DNA of 57,432 nt from Xylographa opegraphella (Eukaryota), in NCBI GenBank assembly GCA_022813865.1, contig JALDZX010000087.1, forward strand, positions 1 to 57,432, read 5' to 3'. Under the pieces are notes generated by a model. It was not told where the DNA came from. It worked only from the letters and a program-made list of their open reading frames with translations, and did no database searches. The position numbers and the translations under genes were made by a program. This document shows positions 12,386-24,823 of this stretch, one piece after another (position 1 is the first letter of the stretch; each line of letters opens with the position of its first letter).

Positions 12386-13241
12386 CTACCACTTCGCCAC
12401 CTTGGTCCCCAAGAAATCCTTCAAGATCGTCACCCGCTCCTCCAGCGCGCTCAGCCACTTCTCCATTTCACGCTTCCCCTGGACGGGGTCGTTGTCCAGC
12501 TTCGCGTAAAAGTCTTTCCGGTATGGTGTCGCCGACATGGCGGCGGCGAAGATTGGCTTGATCATGAAGCTGTGATGGGGCTTCAGGGTGTTGCCGTAGG
12601 CGTGGCGGAAGGAGACCGAAAGCTCCTCCGAGGGGTTTGATAAGTTGTGGCGGAGCCCTTGGGCGGTGAAATCCAGGCCGCTGAATGGCACTGTTAGATA
12701 TTCCACTTCTTGCTGATACATTGTTCGAGGCACGGTTTCATCAAGAGGTGAACCCTGATTGGGTGAAGAGGAGTCGGCCATAGCGATCCTTTGACTGGAA
12801 ACGTGGGAATGCGGGGTACGCACCGAGTGAGCCAGAGCAGACCTTCTGCTGCTGTGTGCTTCTTCGTTTTGAGCTCGTTGACGACGAGAGATTGAAGTAT
12901 GGATGATTCGGCGGGAGAGGCGAGCTGGCGGTCACGGAGTTTCTGCGCGGGAAGGGAAGTCAGTATCGATGAGAAGCCGAGCAGGAGAGCTGACGCACCT
13001 TGACGTTGCCAAGCATATCGTTCTTCACAGGAGTGAAGGCTACGGAGCCCATGATATCTGTGGTACCCGTCAGTATGCAGCTCATGGAAGATTGACTTAT
13101 GATTGACCTACCGAAGAGACCGCATAGGGATTCGGTAGCTTCGAGGAAGTCTGTGGTCGTGATTGCATTGTCTTTGCTGGTATCAATTGGCACGTCCGTA
13201 AAAGACTTTTTGAGGGCCTCAAAGAATGTGGGCGCTGCCAT
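12386..13241 (-). CDS. Glycolipid transfer protein (GLTP / HET-C2 family), 4 exons
   Basis: Spliced product MAAPTFFEALKKSF...FLEATESL...AFTPVKNDMLGNVKK...AAEGLLWLTRGLDF...SFRHAYGNTLKPHHSF...ATPYRKDFY. Three canonical introns. Confidence 0.93.
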
Positions 13242-13532
13242 TTCGGTGCGTTGCTTGAAACGGAAATGTGGTGGGGGATAAAAGACGTAGGTTATGGTAC
13301 TAAAGGAGAGGTTCTGCTTGAATTGGTTGGCTGCAAACAATGTAAATTTACCAACGTCATTTATGGATTCTTAGGACATTTACACAAGAATGAGATTCGC
13401 CATGTAGATAATCTACCTATTTTTAGCGCTTCCACGTCTGTCGAAGTTTGCCTCAAGCTCTATAGCGGTCAATGTCTACTATATGAGGGACCTAAGACCT
13501 CGCTGCTGCTCTAATATATCAGCTATGCTTCA

Positions 13533-16500
13533 ATGAACAACGATACCACCGTCCCGGCCGAGTCGTTCGTCGGGCAAGCTGCTCCACAGGATCACAATTT
13601 ACTGAGTTCAAGCTCCTACACTGCCCAAAGGCTGGTATGATTGTTTTGCCGGCTTAGAACTCAGCATTTCTGAAGCTGATCTTATGACAGCACCATGCAA
13701 ATCCGGAGCATCTACACATAACCACGCGTCGCTGCTTCATCGGCCCTATACCAGCAGATTGGCTCAGAAAAAAAGATCACCGTAAAGCATGGTACAAGCA
13801 CAGCTTGAACTTCTCTAGTTACTCATCGAGAGCTGCAACTTTCTATGCGGGTGACAATGTCTCAAATCGTAAACAGACTACTGGGATCGATTCTACATCT
13901 GGACCTGCAAATTGCCGCCAGAGCTTTCCACAGCCTAGGGACGTGAACAAAGACGATGCTGAAGGTCTTCAAACTACTTCTGTGGATGGCCCTTCGAGTC
14001 CTGCAAATTTGCCGGGCCGATTTAACAATGCCGCTGTTCCAAAGGGATCGCATGAAAATGTTGGAGAGCCCAGGAATAGCCCAGAGGAACAGCCAGAATC
14101 ATCAGGGCATCAATACCATTTACATGTAGGTAGCCCAGACGGAAGGGCAAGTCAATCAACCACCAAGAGTGTCCGAGCGGCATCCTTTGTTACTGCTCCC
14201 GAAAGTCGCCGTGAGGAACGAGAGAGCGCACCACAAAATGAGATGCCGGCCATTGCCGAGACGAATGAGCAGCACTCGGCTGAGCCTGGGACATCTCGGT
14301 TTTCTACAGGTAGTAGTCTTGCAGCAGTAAGCACTTTCGACGGCGAAGCTCCCTCACCTGCTGATACCCACAACTCGACCTCATCGCTATTGCATAATAT
14401 TTCTCTGGGGACAGGACTTTCGAGGGCGTCGCGTATGAAGTCTCGAAACAACTCAGCAACTATGTCCATGGGCGACGGAGAGACAATGGATTCTACCGCA
14501 AAGTTTACCGAGCTCCGCGATGCGGAGCCGGAACGACTTCTCGATACGTCGGTTAATGATCTGACCGTAACAAAGAAAGCAAATCCTATCTCCACGGGAC
14601 TGGTGCGGTTCAACTTGCCTGATGAGCTAGCTGAGGATGAGCAATGGGCCAAGACGAGGTTGACGAATACGATCGATTTAAAATCACTTAAACAGTTACG
14701 GAAATCTAAGTCGAAATCGGGAGTTTTGATAAAATCCGAGAAAATGCTAGTCCGAGTGGATTATACCATGGGCGAGCTTCCTCCAGATTACGACGAAAAC
14801 GTCAGCCTTGGGTCCGAGATTCGTACAATCGAGAAATGGAGAGAACTCGTTGTCGTATGCCGCAAGAGTACAAATGACGATGCAGAGTTCGTCATTCAGT
14901 TGTACAAGACCCGAGTCATTCCAGCGGTAGAGCAAGCTGAAGCCAAAAAGCGCCACACGTACGAAATACCATTAATCCGCAAGACCACTAAGCTCAATAT
15001 ATACTCCTCGCTCGACAAAACTATAGTTATGTGGGCACCATGGAAAAGGGGTACTAGGATTTACATTTTGCGAGCACGATCTTTAGCAAGTTCCGTCGAA
15101 TGGTACACTTTCCTGCGAAGCGCTTTGGGTTGGAAGCGTCCCTCCAGTCTCCGAGTGAACGTCCCAGACTTAAACGTGACATTGCAGCTCGAAAACCCGT
15201 TCGAAGAGTTGGAGGTTTCCCACGATACTATGAAGGTCGCAAAACGTGACGCTAACGCAATGATGAATCTAGTCGATAGCGAAAGAACTGCCGCCAGCAC
15301 GGTTATCAATAGATGTCTAAATATGTTACAAAGCTCTCCTGATTGGAGCGATGTCATAGAAACCTGGCTGAAGCGAGAAAAGATGGGTCTGGCCTGGAAG
15401 CGTTATGATCGCTTGGAATGGGTCCATGGTATTAACGAGCAGAAAATGTACGGTACGATAGCAATGGAGAGATCTCATGACCTGGAGCTTCGACCGAAGC
15501 AGCACTATCCCACCACGGCTGTTGTAGATCCCGAGAGTTCGGTCGAAGAACCACCGGCGGTGGAAGGCTTTCTAGTGCGCCTGACATCACAGAAAGGCAG
15601 GGAGAAAAGGTATGGGAAGATGTTCTCGAAGAAATCGTACTTTTCAACTCATAATCAATTCCTATGCTACTGCAAACCTGGGAAAGCGTTGGTGCCAATC
15701 CCACCTGAACTACCGAAGATTGAAGAAGGCGGGACAATTCCATCGTCGAACCAGATCGCGGACAAGATCCCTTTGATATATGGTATCAATCCTTACCCGA
15801 TCGAAAATGGGGAAATTAGTTGGCTTGCTAGTAGAAGTTCTACTAATATCACGGAGCATGATGAAAGCGCATTCGACGAGACAGAGCGCAATACAAATAT
15901 ATTAATGGAGACCGATGGCTACATCAATTTGTGTTCTGTCACGTCAGTACGAGACGTTCAAAGAGGAGACTCTGCAGCACCAAACCAGAGCGAACAGAGT
16001 AACAGTCCGGTACATATCGGGCAAGCTCAACAAGACGAAGATGCTAGTACCTTTGAACTGGTAATCAAGAACGGACTTGTTGTGAGACTAATGGCTTACA
16101 ACGAGGCAACCAAAACGGAGTGGATGACGCGCCTCACTCGAATCAGCACATACTGGAAGCTCCGCACTAGCAGAGATATGGAACAATACAAGATAGTTCG
16201 CAGAACGAACCTCGAGAATTTAGAGATAGACGAGGAGATGGAGTCATTCATAGGACAGTATGCTAGGAAGTGGGAAGTCACACGATCTATCGCATCACCA
16301 CAGCTGTTTAACATGTGCGGCATATCGTGCTGTCGAACTATAACGGTACGTCGGCAATTACTAGAATGCTGCTTTCGCTGCTACCAAGCGAAGAATACGC
16401 TTCGGTCTGATCGATATCACTGACGGGTTGTGTAGATGGCAGGTTCATTGTACCGTAAGCCTCGCATGCACTCAACCTTCAAGCGCTGCTCTGTGATTCT

Positions 16501-17030
16501 TTGCCATGGACGATTGCTTGTGTTCGAAGAGACATTACGGAAGCATACGGGCAAGGAAATTCCTCACATACTTCATGAAAGACAAGATATCCTTGAGCTT
16601 AAGAATACATATATCTATAGTGGAATGGTACGCTTTGTTCATCTTGTGGAGAACCACGTTTGACTTTCTCCAGATTACAGAAGGCGACCTATTGTATCAG
16701 AATCAGACCTTCGACAGCAATCATCCCGGGCATCATGCGCTGCCACGAGTATACCTCAACGACGGCTGGACGTCGTCGGACGAGGACACTACAACCTGCT
16801 TCGTTATTTGGCAGGGACAGAAGAAATCTCTCTTCTTGGCCAATCCGTTGACCGGAGACGGTAAGATGACGAGACGTCTTCGGTATGTATCGCGCCTCGG
16901 TGTACCTGGACGCTCAATCGTCTTTAAAGCGAGAAGCCGAGCTGAGCGGGATCAGTGGGTCATCCACATCGGCGTGGAAATTGAACGCCTGCAACAGGCG
17001 GAGGAGATTCGTGTGGTGGCCCAAAACTGA
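13533..17030 (+). CDS. SPO71: Spo71/Mug56 family PH-domain prospore membrane adaptor, 4 exons
   Basis: N-terminal YTAQRL|HHANPEHLHITTRRCFIGPIP, MGLAWKRYDRLEW, EEPPAVEGFLVRLT and C-terminal FKARSRAERDQWV. Introns 13635-13690, ~16346-16435 and ~16628-16673. Confidence 0.88.
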
Positions 17031-17218
17031 TACACGGTTACACCATATTCTGCTATTTAGCACGGCGTTGGAGGTATGCTGCCAGTACTTTTGCATACAG
17101 GTACCACGCCAGAACGTTTCTCGGCAGTTGATCGAGGCTGCTGTCCTATCATTAACAGGACCCTATTGTTAACAATCAGGTGTCCGTTCGGATAGTATGT
17201 ATAGCATCATACAGGCGG

Positions 17219-17890
17219 TTAATAGCCCTTGAACATATGTTTTGCCTTGAGCACCCTCGGATTGCCCCTGTAATCCTCCCATCTTATCAACCCGATCTTC
17301 GACCACGGCCACGCAATAGCCTTGACCTTGCCCACGATCAGGCTCTTGGAGACCGGTCCGTAGGTATTACTATCCAAGGTCATGCGATCTTCCGGGTGTT
17401 CCCCTTCCACCCACACATGCCCTATGGGCACGACCGCCCGCTCAATCGGGTAGGACTTTCGGGTCACAACTTCGTCGCCTTCCAGGGCGATAATCCTCTT
17501 GACAATTAAGTTTTCTGGGCGATAGGGTGACCTGGATCCAAAAAAAAAGTCAGCGACCATGGTTCGGCCTACACTGATGCTCTGATCGAACAATATAAAC
17601 ACAATGAATGCCGGTCCAGCTCACCAAAGCGCAACGATCATCCCCCTGTGTAATCCTTCCCATGGCTTCCACATGTCGACAACCACGACATCTTTGCGTG
17701 TAGTCGAATTATAGTCTGTATTCAGGAAAGGGTACATGGACGGTCCGGTGACCCACATCAATTGCGCGACATTGTCGTTCAAGAAGTAGACCACCGGAGC
17801 CCAAGTCGCCAGTGCGCCAAGAGTGAGGAAGGTTTTGCGGAGGGACCGAGGGAAGAGGAGAGAAGGGCGGAGGTAGGAAGGGAGAGGCAT
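17219..17890 (-). CDS. IMP2: Mitochondrial inner membrane peptidase subunit 2 (S26 family), 2 exons
   Basis: GPSMYP catalytic Ser box, VKRIIALEGD catalytic Lys box, GHVWVEG and LDSNTYGP. One intron at about 17533-17624. Confidence 0.88.
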
Positions 17891-18885
17891 TTGGAAAAAG
17901 GCGGGAGGGTTTTCGGCCGCACTGTGGTCATCACTTAAGAGGAAATATTGGGCAACGCGACATGGACGAATCAGCTACAAGTTGACATGAAGTCGGGAGT
18001 GGTTGAATCGGGACTAGTTCAGTGCATCCTAACGGCTGTATAACCGTCCCTATTCAACACACACGCGTCCGACGCTGGAGCGTACCTCAGTATGCCCTTT
18101 CAAATGCTGCAATAACTATATTCTATATTCAACTCGAGTCGTTCAGCGGTATCACACAATGAAAACGAAGATGTATTGTGAATTAAGCGCTTGCGGTTGT
18201 CCGGCATGCAGGCTGCGATGTCCAACACGCCCGACTTTGCTCAGCCTCAATCCTTCTAACACAATTCTCACTGCAGGCTTTTCTATTTGTGTGGTGACCA
18301 GGAGAATCCCTCCGAGGCTCTTATGAATATTTTGTGTTGTCTGTCTCAGCTGCTTGCTGTGCCATAACGGTGCTGTACATTCACACCGTACTCCCAACCT
18401 CGTGGGTCAACGCCACACATCTTTCGTAGCTGCGATGCATCCTGGCCAGTGATTGTGTTGAGCTCGTTGTCTAGATGAAACATGTGCGACCACAGCAGCG
18501 CATGCTCCTATGTATAAGGTCTCGAGGGGATTCTAAATGATCCCTCCCGCTCACTTTTCTTCTTGTTCCGTTCTGCCAGAACTACCTCATTTGCGGTCCT
18601 TGCGTGATTGTACTTTGATAGTGATTCGCGGTGTTATGGTCTAATTTCCCGCTACCAATTTTACTGGTCGGTGTCACCCTAAAACTGCATAGCTCCTCGA
18701 ACTGCTTCCTTGCCCTTGTCTCTTCTTATATTCTATTATCACTATTAGTAGTGGTGTTGTGTACCTTGAACGTATACTATCATCGCTCTCTTGGATACTT
18801 GAAATATCAACCCTCTTCACACACACCAAAGGCTTGCATTTGTGCGTCACTAAATACCATTATCAATCCAGCCTCGCCTCCAAAC

Positions 18886-20284
18886 ATGAAGACATTTGTG
18901 GTCGTCACTGCAGTGGCATTTCTCTCGACAAGCTTCGCAATCACCCTTCGACACGCAGACGCTGAGCCAGCTGTAATCCAAGTGGTCCTGAATAACTCTG
19001 TATGTGCTGTAACTTTCGTGGTTTATGTGTTCTGACCTGTGGCAGCCTGGATTTGGATACTACGCGAACGTTTCCGTGGGTACGCCCGCCCAGAGTGTTA
19101 CGTTACAGATCGATACTGGTAGTAGTAACCTTTGGGTCAACTCGGCCACTTCGACTTTCTGCTCCACAGCAGACCATTGTGCCTATGGTTCGTACGATGC
19201 AAACGCTTCTTCGACCTCTCAGTACGTCAATAGCAGGTTCAACGTGACTTACATCGATGCGAGTGGTGCCAGCGGCGATTTTGTTACCGATAATTTTCAA
19301 ATCGGCAACACCACCGTGAATGGCTTACAGTTTGGCATCGGGAACAATTCTACATCCGCACAGAATGTATGGGGTATTGGCTACGGCCCAACAAATGAAA
19401 ATGTACCTGCCGCATTTGTATACCCAAATACTCCTCTACAAATGGTCAAGAACGGCCTCATTAAGGCGCCAGCTTACAGTGTTTATCTCAACGATATAAA
19501 GAGCCGTACAGGATCTATCCTTTTTGGTGGTGTTGACACAGCTTGCTATCAAGGCGAGCTTCAGAGTGTACCTATCATACCTTACCGCGGGAACTACACT
19601 ATTCTGCAAGTCACTCTGGACTCTGTCAATACAACGACAAACGGCAATCTGAATACAACTTCATCGACCGACCTGCCTCAAGTTGCTGTCCTTGACACAG
19701 GAGCTTCCGGTGTGCTACTCCCAACCGACATTGCCCAACAAATTTGGACTACGTTTGGCGTTGAATACAGCAATGCTAATGGATTGGCCTCTTGTCCTTG
19801 CAGCCTTGCGAACAACGCCGGTACTGTCGATTTCGGATTCTCTGGGATCAAGATCTCTGTACCTGTTGCCGAATTTGTGAGGCCATATCCTGGCAACAAT
19901 GCTCCGTCGCCAGGAAGCTGCTTGTTCGATGTGCAGCCACTACTCTCCTATGGCTCCTTCTCCCCGATACTACTTGGGGATCCATTTCTTCGAAGCGCTT
20001 ATGTGGTGTACGATCTGGGCAACAACGAGATTTCCATTGCACAGACAGTCTACAATGCGCAATCCAGCAACATAATGGAGATCGTGAACGGTACTACCGG
20101 AGTGCCGGGTGCCAGCAATGCAACCAATATTGTCACGAGTGTTCCAACTCCGACTGGATCAATCAGCCCGACCGGAACTCCAACTGGAGGCGCTGTGAGT
20201 GCAGCTGAAGTACGACGTGTTCCAAATGCGGCAACCGTGCTGGGTGGTCTCGCAACTGTCTCTGTGCTGTTCTTCCTCCTATGA
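18886..20284 (+). CDS. Secreted, probably GPI-anchored A1 aspartic protease (yapsin/OpsB-like), 2 exons
   Basis: Signal peptide MKTFVVVTAVAFLSTSFA, intron ~19000-19045, two catalytic motifs (IDTGSS, LDTGAS), ILLGDPFLRSAYVVYDL, an S/T-rich stalk and a hydrophobic C-terminus. Confidence 0.92.
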
Positions 20285-20804
20285 GCAGAGGACCAATGGA
20301 GGCATGGGATGGCGAAGAGTGACTCGGGTCTCTTGGGTTTACCCAGCGTGTTCTTGGCGTGATACATAATGATAGCGGCTTGATGTTGAATTCCAGGATG
20401 TAAGGATGCTCATAAGTTTGCCGAAGATTGGTTGTAGTTCAGGGCACTTGTGCATGTACTAGACTACTCAGTAACTACCTGGATCCGAACTTGAAGTGAT
20501 GCATATAATATCAGGACATCTAAAGTGACCTGATTCTGGGGTGTTGAGGTTCTGCCACTGATTTTATACCTTCCTCCGTACTCAGTTCCGGCTAGCTTAT
20601 CTTAGCATGAACCTCTGCACCAGCAATTCAGGAGGGCATCACTGGGTAATCACCATTGATTTGTACAGTTCCTCGTTGGTGGCTCGAGGACTCACTCCAT
20701 CTTTCATAATTCACTACGTCCGCTTATCATTCTGAGAACATCCTGGGAATGGTTACAGCTTACGTCTAGTCTTCAACCCACCCGGCTCAACTTCACCCAC
20801 AACC

Positions 20805-21903
20805 ATGGCCCCCACCACAACCCCTCTCTCCTCCATCCCCACCCTCTCCCTTCTCTACAAGCTCAGGCACCTCCACCCTGCAGCCCCCTCTCCTTCTCTC
20901 CCCACCCCTTCCCCGGCCCTCAACAACACGATCCGCCTCGTCCGCACAGACATCACCACTCTCGCCGTCTCCGCCATCGTCAACGCCGCCAACACTTCCC
21001 GTAAGTCCCTTTCCCCTACAACCACCACGCGCACAGATTCACCCAGTCCCCAGTCCTCGGCGGTGGCGGCGTCGATGGCGCCATCCACTCCCGCGCCGGC
21101 TCCGGCCTCTACAACGAATGCCTGACCCTGCACGGCTGCGCGACCGGCGCGGCCAAAATGACCGGCGCGTACAATCTGCCCTGCGAGAAGATCATCCACG
21201 CCGTGGGGCCCGTGTACTGGCAAGCGAAAGAAGAGCGGCCCGGGCTGGAGCGCGAGCTGCTGGCCAGCTGCTACACGAAGAGCTTGGACCTCGCAGAGCA
21301 GGCCGGGTGCGCGAGTGTGGCGTTCAGCTCGCTCAGCACGGGGGTGTATGGCTACCCGAGCGGGGAGGCGGCTCAGGTGGCGTGCGAGGCGGTGAGGGGC
21401 TGGTTGGAGGCAGGCGAGAGGAAGGTGCGGAGTGTGGTGTTTTGTGTGTTTGAGCGCAAGGATGAGAAGGCGTATGAGGAGTGGTTGCCGTATGTTTCTA
21501 CGTGAGGGGGATGGGAGATGAGATAGGGTGGGGCTGACATTGTGGCAGGAAAATCTTCCCGCCTGTGGAGGAGGAGAGCAAGACGGCACATGAACATGAC
21601 GAGCTGGTTGAAGCAATGCCAGATCCACCTGCAGACGAGCCGCTTGGAGGAGGGAAGTCGGGTTCGTCGGCAGCGAAAGGTGTACCAGAGGTCGACGAGG
21701 GGTGGGAGGCTATTGAGAAGCCGGGGCAGGAGGCGGAAAATGGCTACGTGGAGGACGCCACACTCGAGAGATCGGAGATGACGGCGGAAGAGCAGATCGC
21801 GCTGGAAGAGGCGAATGAGGAGCGCCTGACAGCGCTGCAGACGACGGAGGCGGGTGGAGATCCACATCCGCCGACTGTAAATCCGTTGATGAAGGACTGG
21901 TAG
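20805..21903 (+). CDS. MacroD-type macrodomain protein (ADP-ribose / O-acetyl-ADP-ribose hydrolase) with acidic tail, 3 exons
   Basis: AIVNAANTS|LLGGGGVDGAIH assembled across intron 21001-21053, IIHAVGP, and SLSTGVYGYP. Second intron at about 21490-21548. Confidence 0.92.
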
Positions 21904-22408
21904 GGCGTGCTGCGGCTATAGGGGATATGTGGGAGCTAACATTGGCAATGTGTGTTTACTTTGGAGCCGGACAGGAAAGGCATGCTCGTGCTGCTACGAT
22001 GGTATGCAGTGTTATGACGAAACGGCAGAATCGATTCCGCTGCTACTCGTGTTCATGTCTTCGGATGGACTCTAAGATTGACTGCTCTACAAGCATTGAA
22101 TCTCTGTAAACCTCCTACGAGCCCTCGTTCCAGACCACGCACTGCATGTTGTGCTCGCCTATCCCTCCGTAGACGTATCGTTGAACAAGCCAAACCCTTA
22201 GCTCGGCCATGACGCTCTCGTGCAGCTTATCGATAAGAGCTCGCTCCGCATCTGCAGGGATCAAGGAAGCTCTTCCGCAGCCAAGAGCTCTAGCAGCATG
22301 CCCACTTCCAACTTCCTGCCGACTCGATCTTTGCATTGAACGGCGCCAGAAGTGTTGGGGTTCGAAGAGTTCGTTTTGTATCCTTACCATTATACACTCG
22401 AGATCAAG

Positions 22409-24610
22409 ATGGTGCAATGGAGCAAGCTCTTCAGCCGCAATGCCGGCGACCTGCACGACTTCCGCGACGAAGTCAGCCGGCGTAACACCCCCTCCCCCAA
22501 AAACCCCTCCTCTCAATCTATAATATAACTAATGATCGTCCCCAGTTATCCCGGTTGCGGACACCGAAGCCGTTCACTCTGCCTATCCCGCCGCCGAAGT
22601 CACGAAAGTGGCGCGGCGCCTCAAATACCAGATCGAGCAGGTGGTCCCCTGCGAGCTGGAGGAGTGGAAGATCACGAAGGCGAACTCGCCCGTCATCACG
22701 CGTAAGGTGATGCGGACGGCGAAGGAGGCGGGAGGCAAGGAATACAAGTCGTGCGTGGTGTACTGCCTGCTGGTATGCAAGCGCTGGTTTACGCGGCAGG
22801 CGGCGCTGGAGTTGTGGGACGCGGAGCTACATGAAGGGCGGGCGGTTGCGTGTGAGGTGTTGGCGAAGAAACTGTGAGAGGGGGTTTTTCTGTGCTGATG
22901 GGAGGGGACTCGGGGCTAATGAAGTGACCAGGATTGAGGACGAAGAGAGGGAGGAGTATCTCATGCAGGAGACGCTATTGAAGCGGTACTCGATCATCAT
23001 CAATGGCCAGGAAACGGAGGCAGCAAATGTTGTGGAGCGGGCGGTGGATATGCACGCCTTGCTGGTTATCGGATCCTCGGGATATCAGAAGTGTATATCG
23101 TACCTCTGGCGTGGATGGCTGGTCCAAAATGACGAGAAGCCTTCGTATTTCATCGCCTGGAAGAACAAGGCGAACCCGAATTACTGGGACCACTTCAACC
23201 CTGACCGGATGCGCGCTCCACAGTATCAGAATGCCGTCCAGGTCTTCTTCAGCGTCTTCTACCTCGTGCTGTACACCGTGGCCATCAATACCGTCAACGC
23301 GAGCGGCGATCTTGATGTTGTGGAGGGTATTGTCTACTTGATGACGGCTGGGTTCTTGTTCGATGAGATCTCGAAGATCTGGAAAGATGAGTCTTGCTGT
23401 CGCCGCTAGAGAAAGGAGTGTACTGATGGACAGGCACTGGGCACAACCTACATCGGTTTCTGGAATGTCTTCAACTCCGTGAGTCAACATCGAAGTAACT
23501 TAAGGGGCCAATATACTCACACGCGCGGAATAGACACTATATGCCTTGCTGACGGTCAGCTTCGTGACCCGCATGATCGCTCTAGGCAATCCTGCCGGCC
23601 ACGAGGAGCGAGCCCGCTTCAACGAATTGAGCTACAACTTCCTCGCCTTTAGCGCTCCCATGTTCTGGATACGACTCCTGCTGTATCTCGACACCTTCCG
23701 CTTCTTCGGCACCATGCTGGTGGTGCTGAAGGTCATGATGAAAGAGAGTCTCATCTTCTTCGCCTTGCTCGTCGTGATCTGTATCGGTTTCCTCCAGGCG
23801 TTCATTGGCATGAACCAAGTCGAAGCCTCCGGTAAGGTCACGGGATTCATCATTCAGGCGATGACGAACAGCGTCATGCAGTCTCCTGACTTCAGCGGCT
23901 TCGACAATTTCGCTCCGCCGTTTGGGATTATTTTGTACTACATTTATACTTTTGTTATAATGGTGAGGACATCAGCGACGTACCGTCCAAGTGCATCTTC
24001 GCTGACATGACTTGTAGGTCGTATTACTGAACATCTTGATTGCGTTATTCAACAGTGCATACGAGACAGTCACCGACAACTCGATCGACGAATGGATGGC
24101 ATTATTCGCCACAAAAACCATGCAGTTCGTTCGAGCACCCGACGAGTAAGTCCCATAACAGACACCATTGCCTCCGTGATATACTGACACCACCTCCCCC
24201 CCCCCAGAAACGTATTCATCCCCCCCTTCAACCTAATCGAAGTCTTCTGCCTAATCCTCCCCTTCGAATGGTGGATGGCCAGCGACACGTACGAGCGCTT
24301 GAACAACTACGTCATGGGCATCCTGTACTCCCCGCTGCTGCTGATCACAGCCTACATCGAAACGGCGCAGGCCCACACAGTGATGCGCAACCGGCAGCGT
24401 GGCGAGCAGGACGACGACACGGTGGAGGAGTGGGAGCATGAGGTCGCGGGCGAGGCACAGGACTTCGAGGCCGATGGCTGGGCCAAGGCCGTGGAGTCGA
24501 CGCGGCCGAATGTCGAGACCGATGCGGCGGTGCTAGAGATCAGGGAGCTGAAGAGGCAGTTGGCGGAGGTGAGGGAGTTGGTGGAGGGGGTGCGGAAGGC
24601 GGTTGGGTAG
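22409..24610 (+). CDS. YVC1: Vacuolar TRP cation channel Yvc1, 7 exons (one AT-AC intron)
   Basis: VPCELEE...KEAGG, VIGSSGYQKCISYLWRGW, RMRAPQYQN, multiple TM helices, FFGTMLVVLKVMMKES, LLNILIALFNSAY and APDENVFIPPFNLIE. The frame is continuous only if 23387-23437 (AT...AC) or a similar non-canonical intron is removed. Confidence 0.92.
23387..23437 (+). other. Non-canonical AT-AC spliceosomal intron (51 nt) in YVC1
   Basis: ATGAGT...TACTGAT...CAGGCAC. Removal joins TGG AAA G|TG GGC to give W-K-V-G-T-T-Y-I-G-F-W and deletes the in-frame TAG at 23407. Confidence 0.75.
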
Positions 24611-24823
24611 GAAGGGGAGGGGATGTGAGGGCTATTTTTTTTCAAGCTTAGAGTGTGTTACGTTGTTATAAATGAGTTTTATCCTTTTGGCTCGGTTGTG
24701 TGGGATCCTTTTGCACCGTAGACTATGAGTGAAAGGGCACGGGAACGACCGTCGCTGAACACGTAACATGTCCTTCCCAATATGGTTATACAATGGAAAC
24801 TGGACCCTATCTCAGCCTGTATG

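Noticed and set aside
20855..21628. 257-aa antisense ORF over the macrodomain gene (and similar shadow ORFs over SRV2, STU1, YVC1 and the SPOUT gene)
   Set aside because: Expected by-product of high GC at third codon positions on the opposite strand. No motifs are recognisable.
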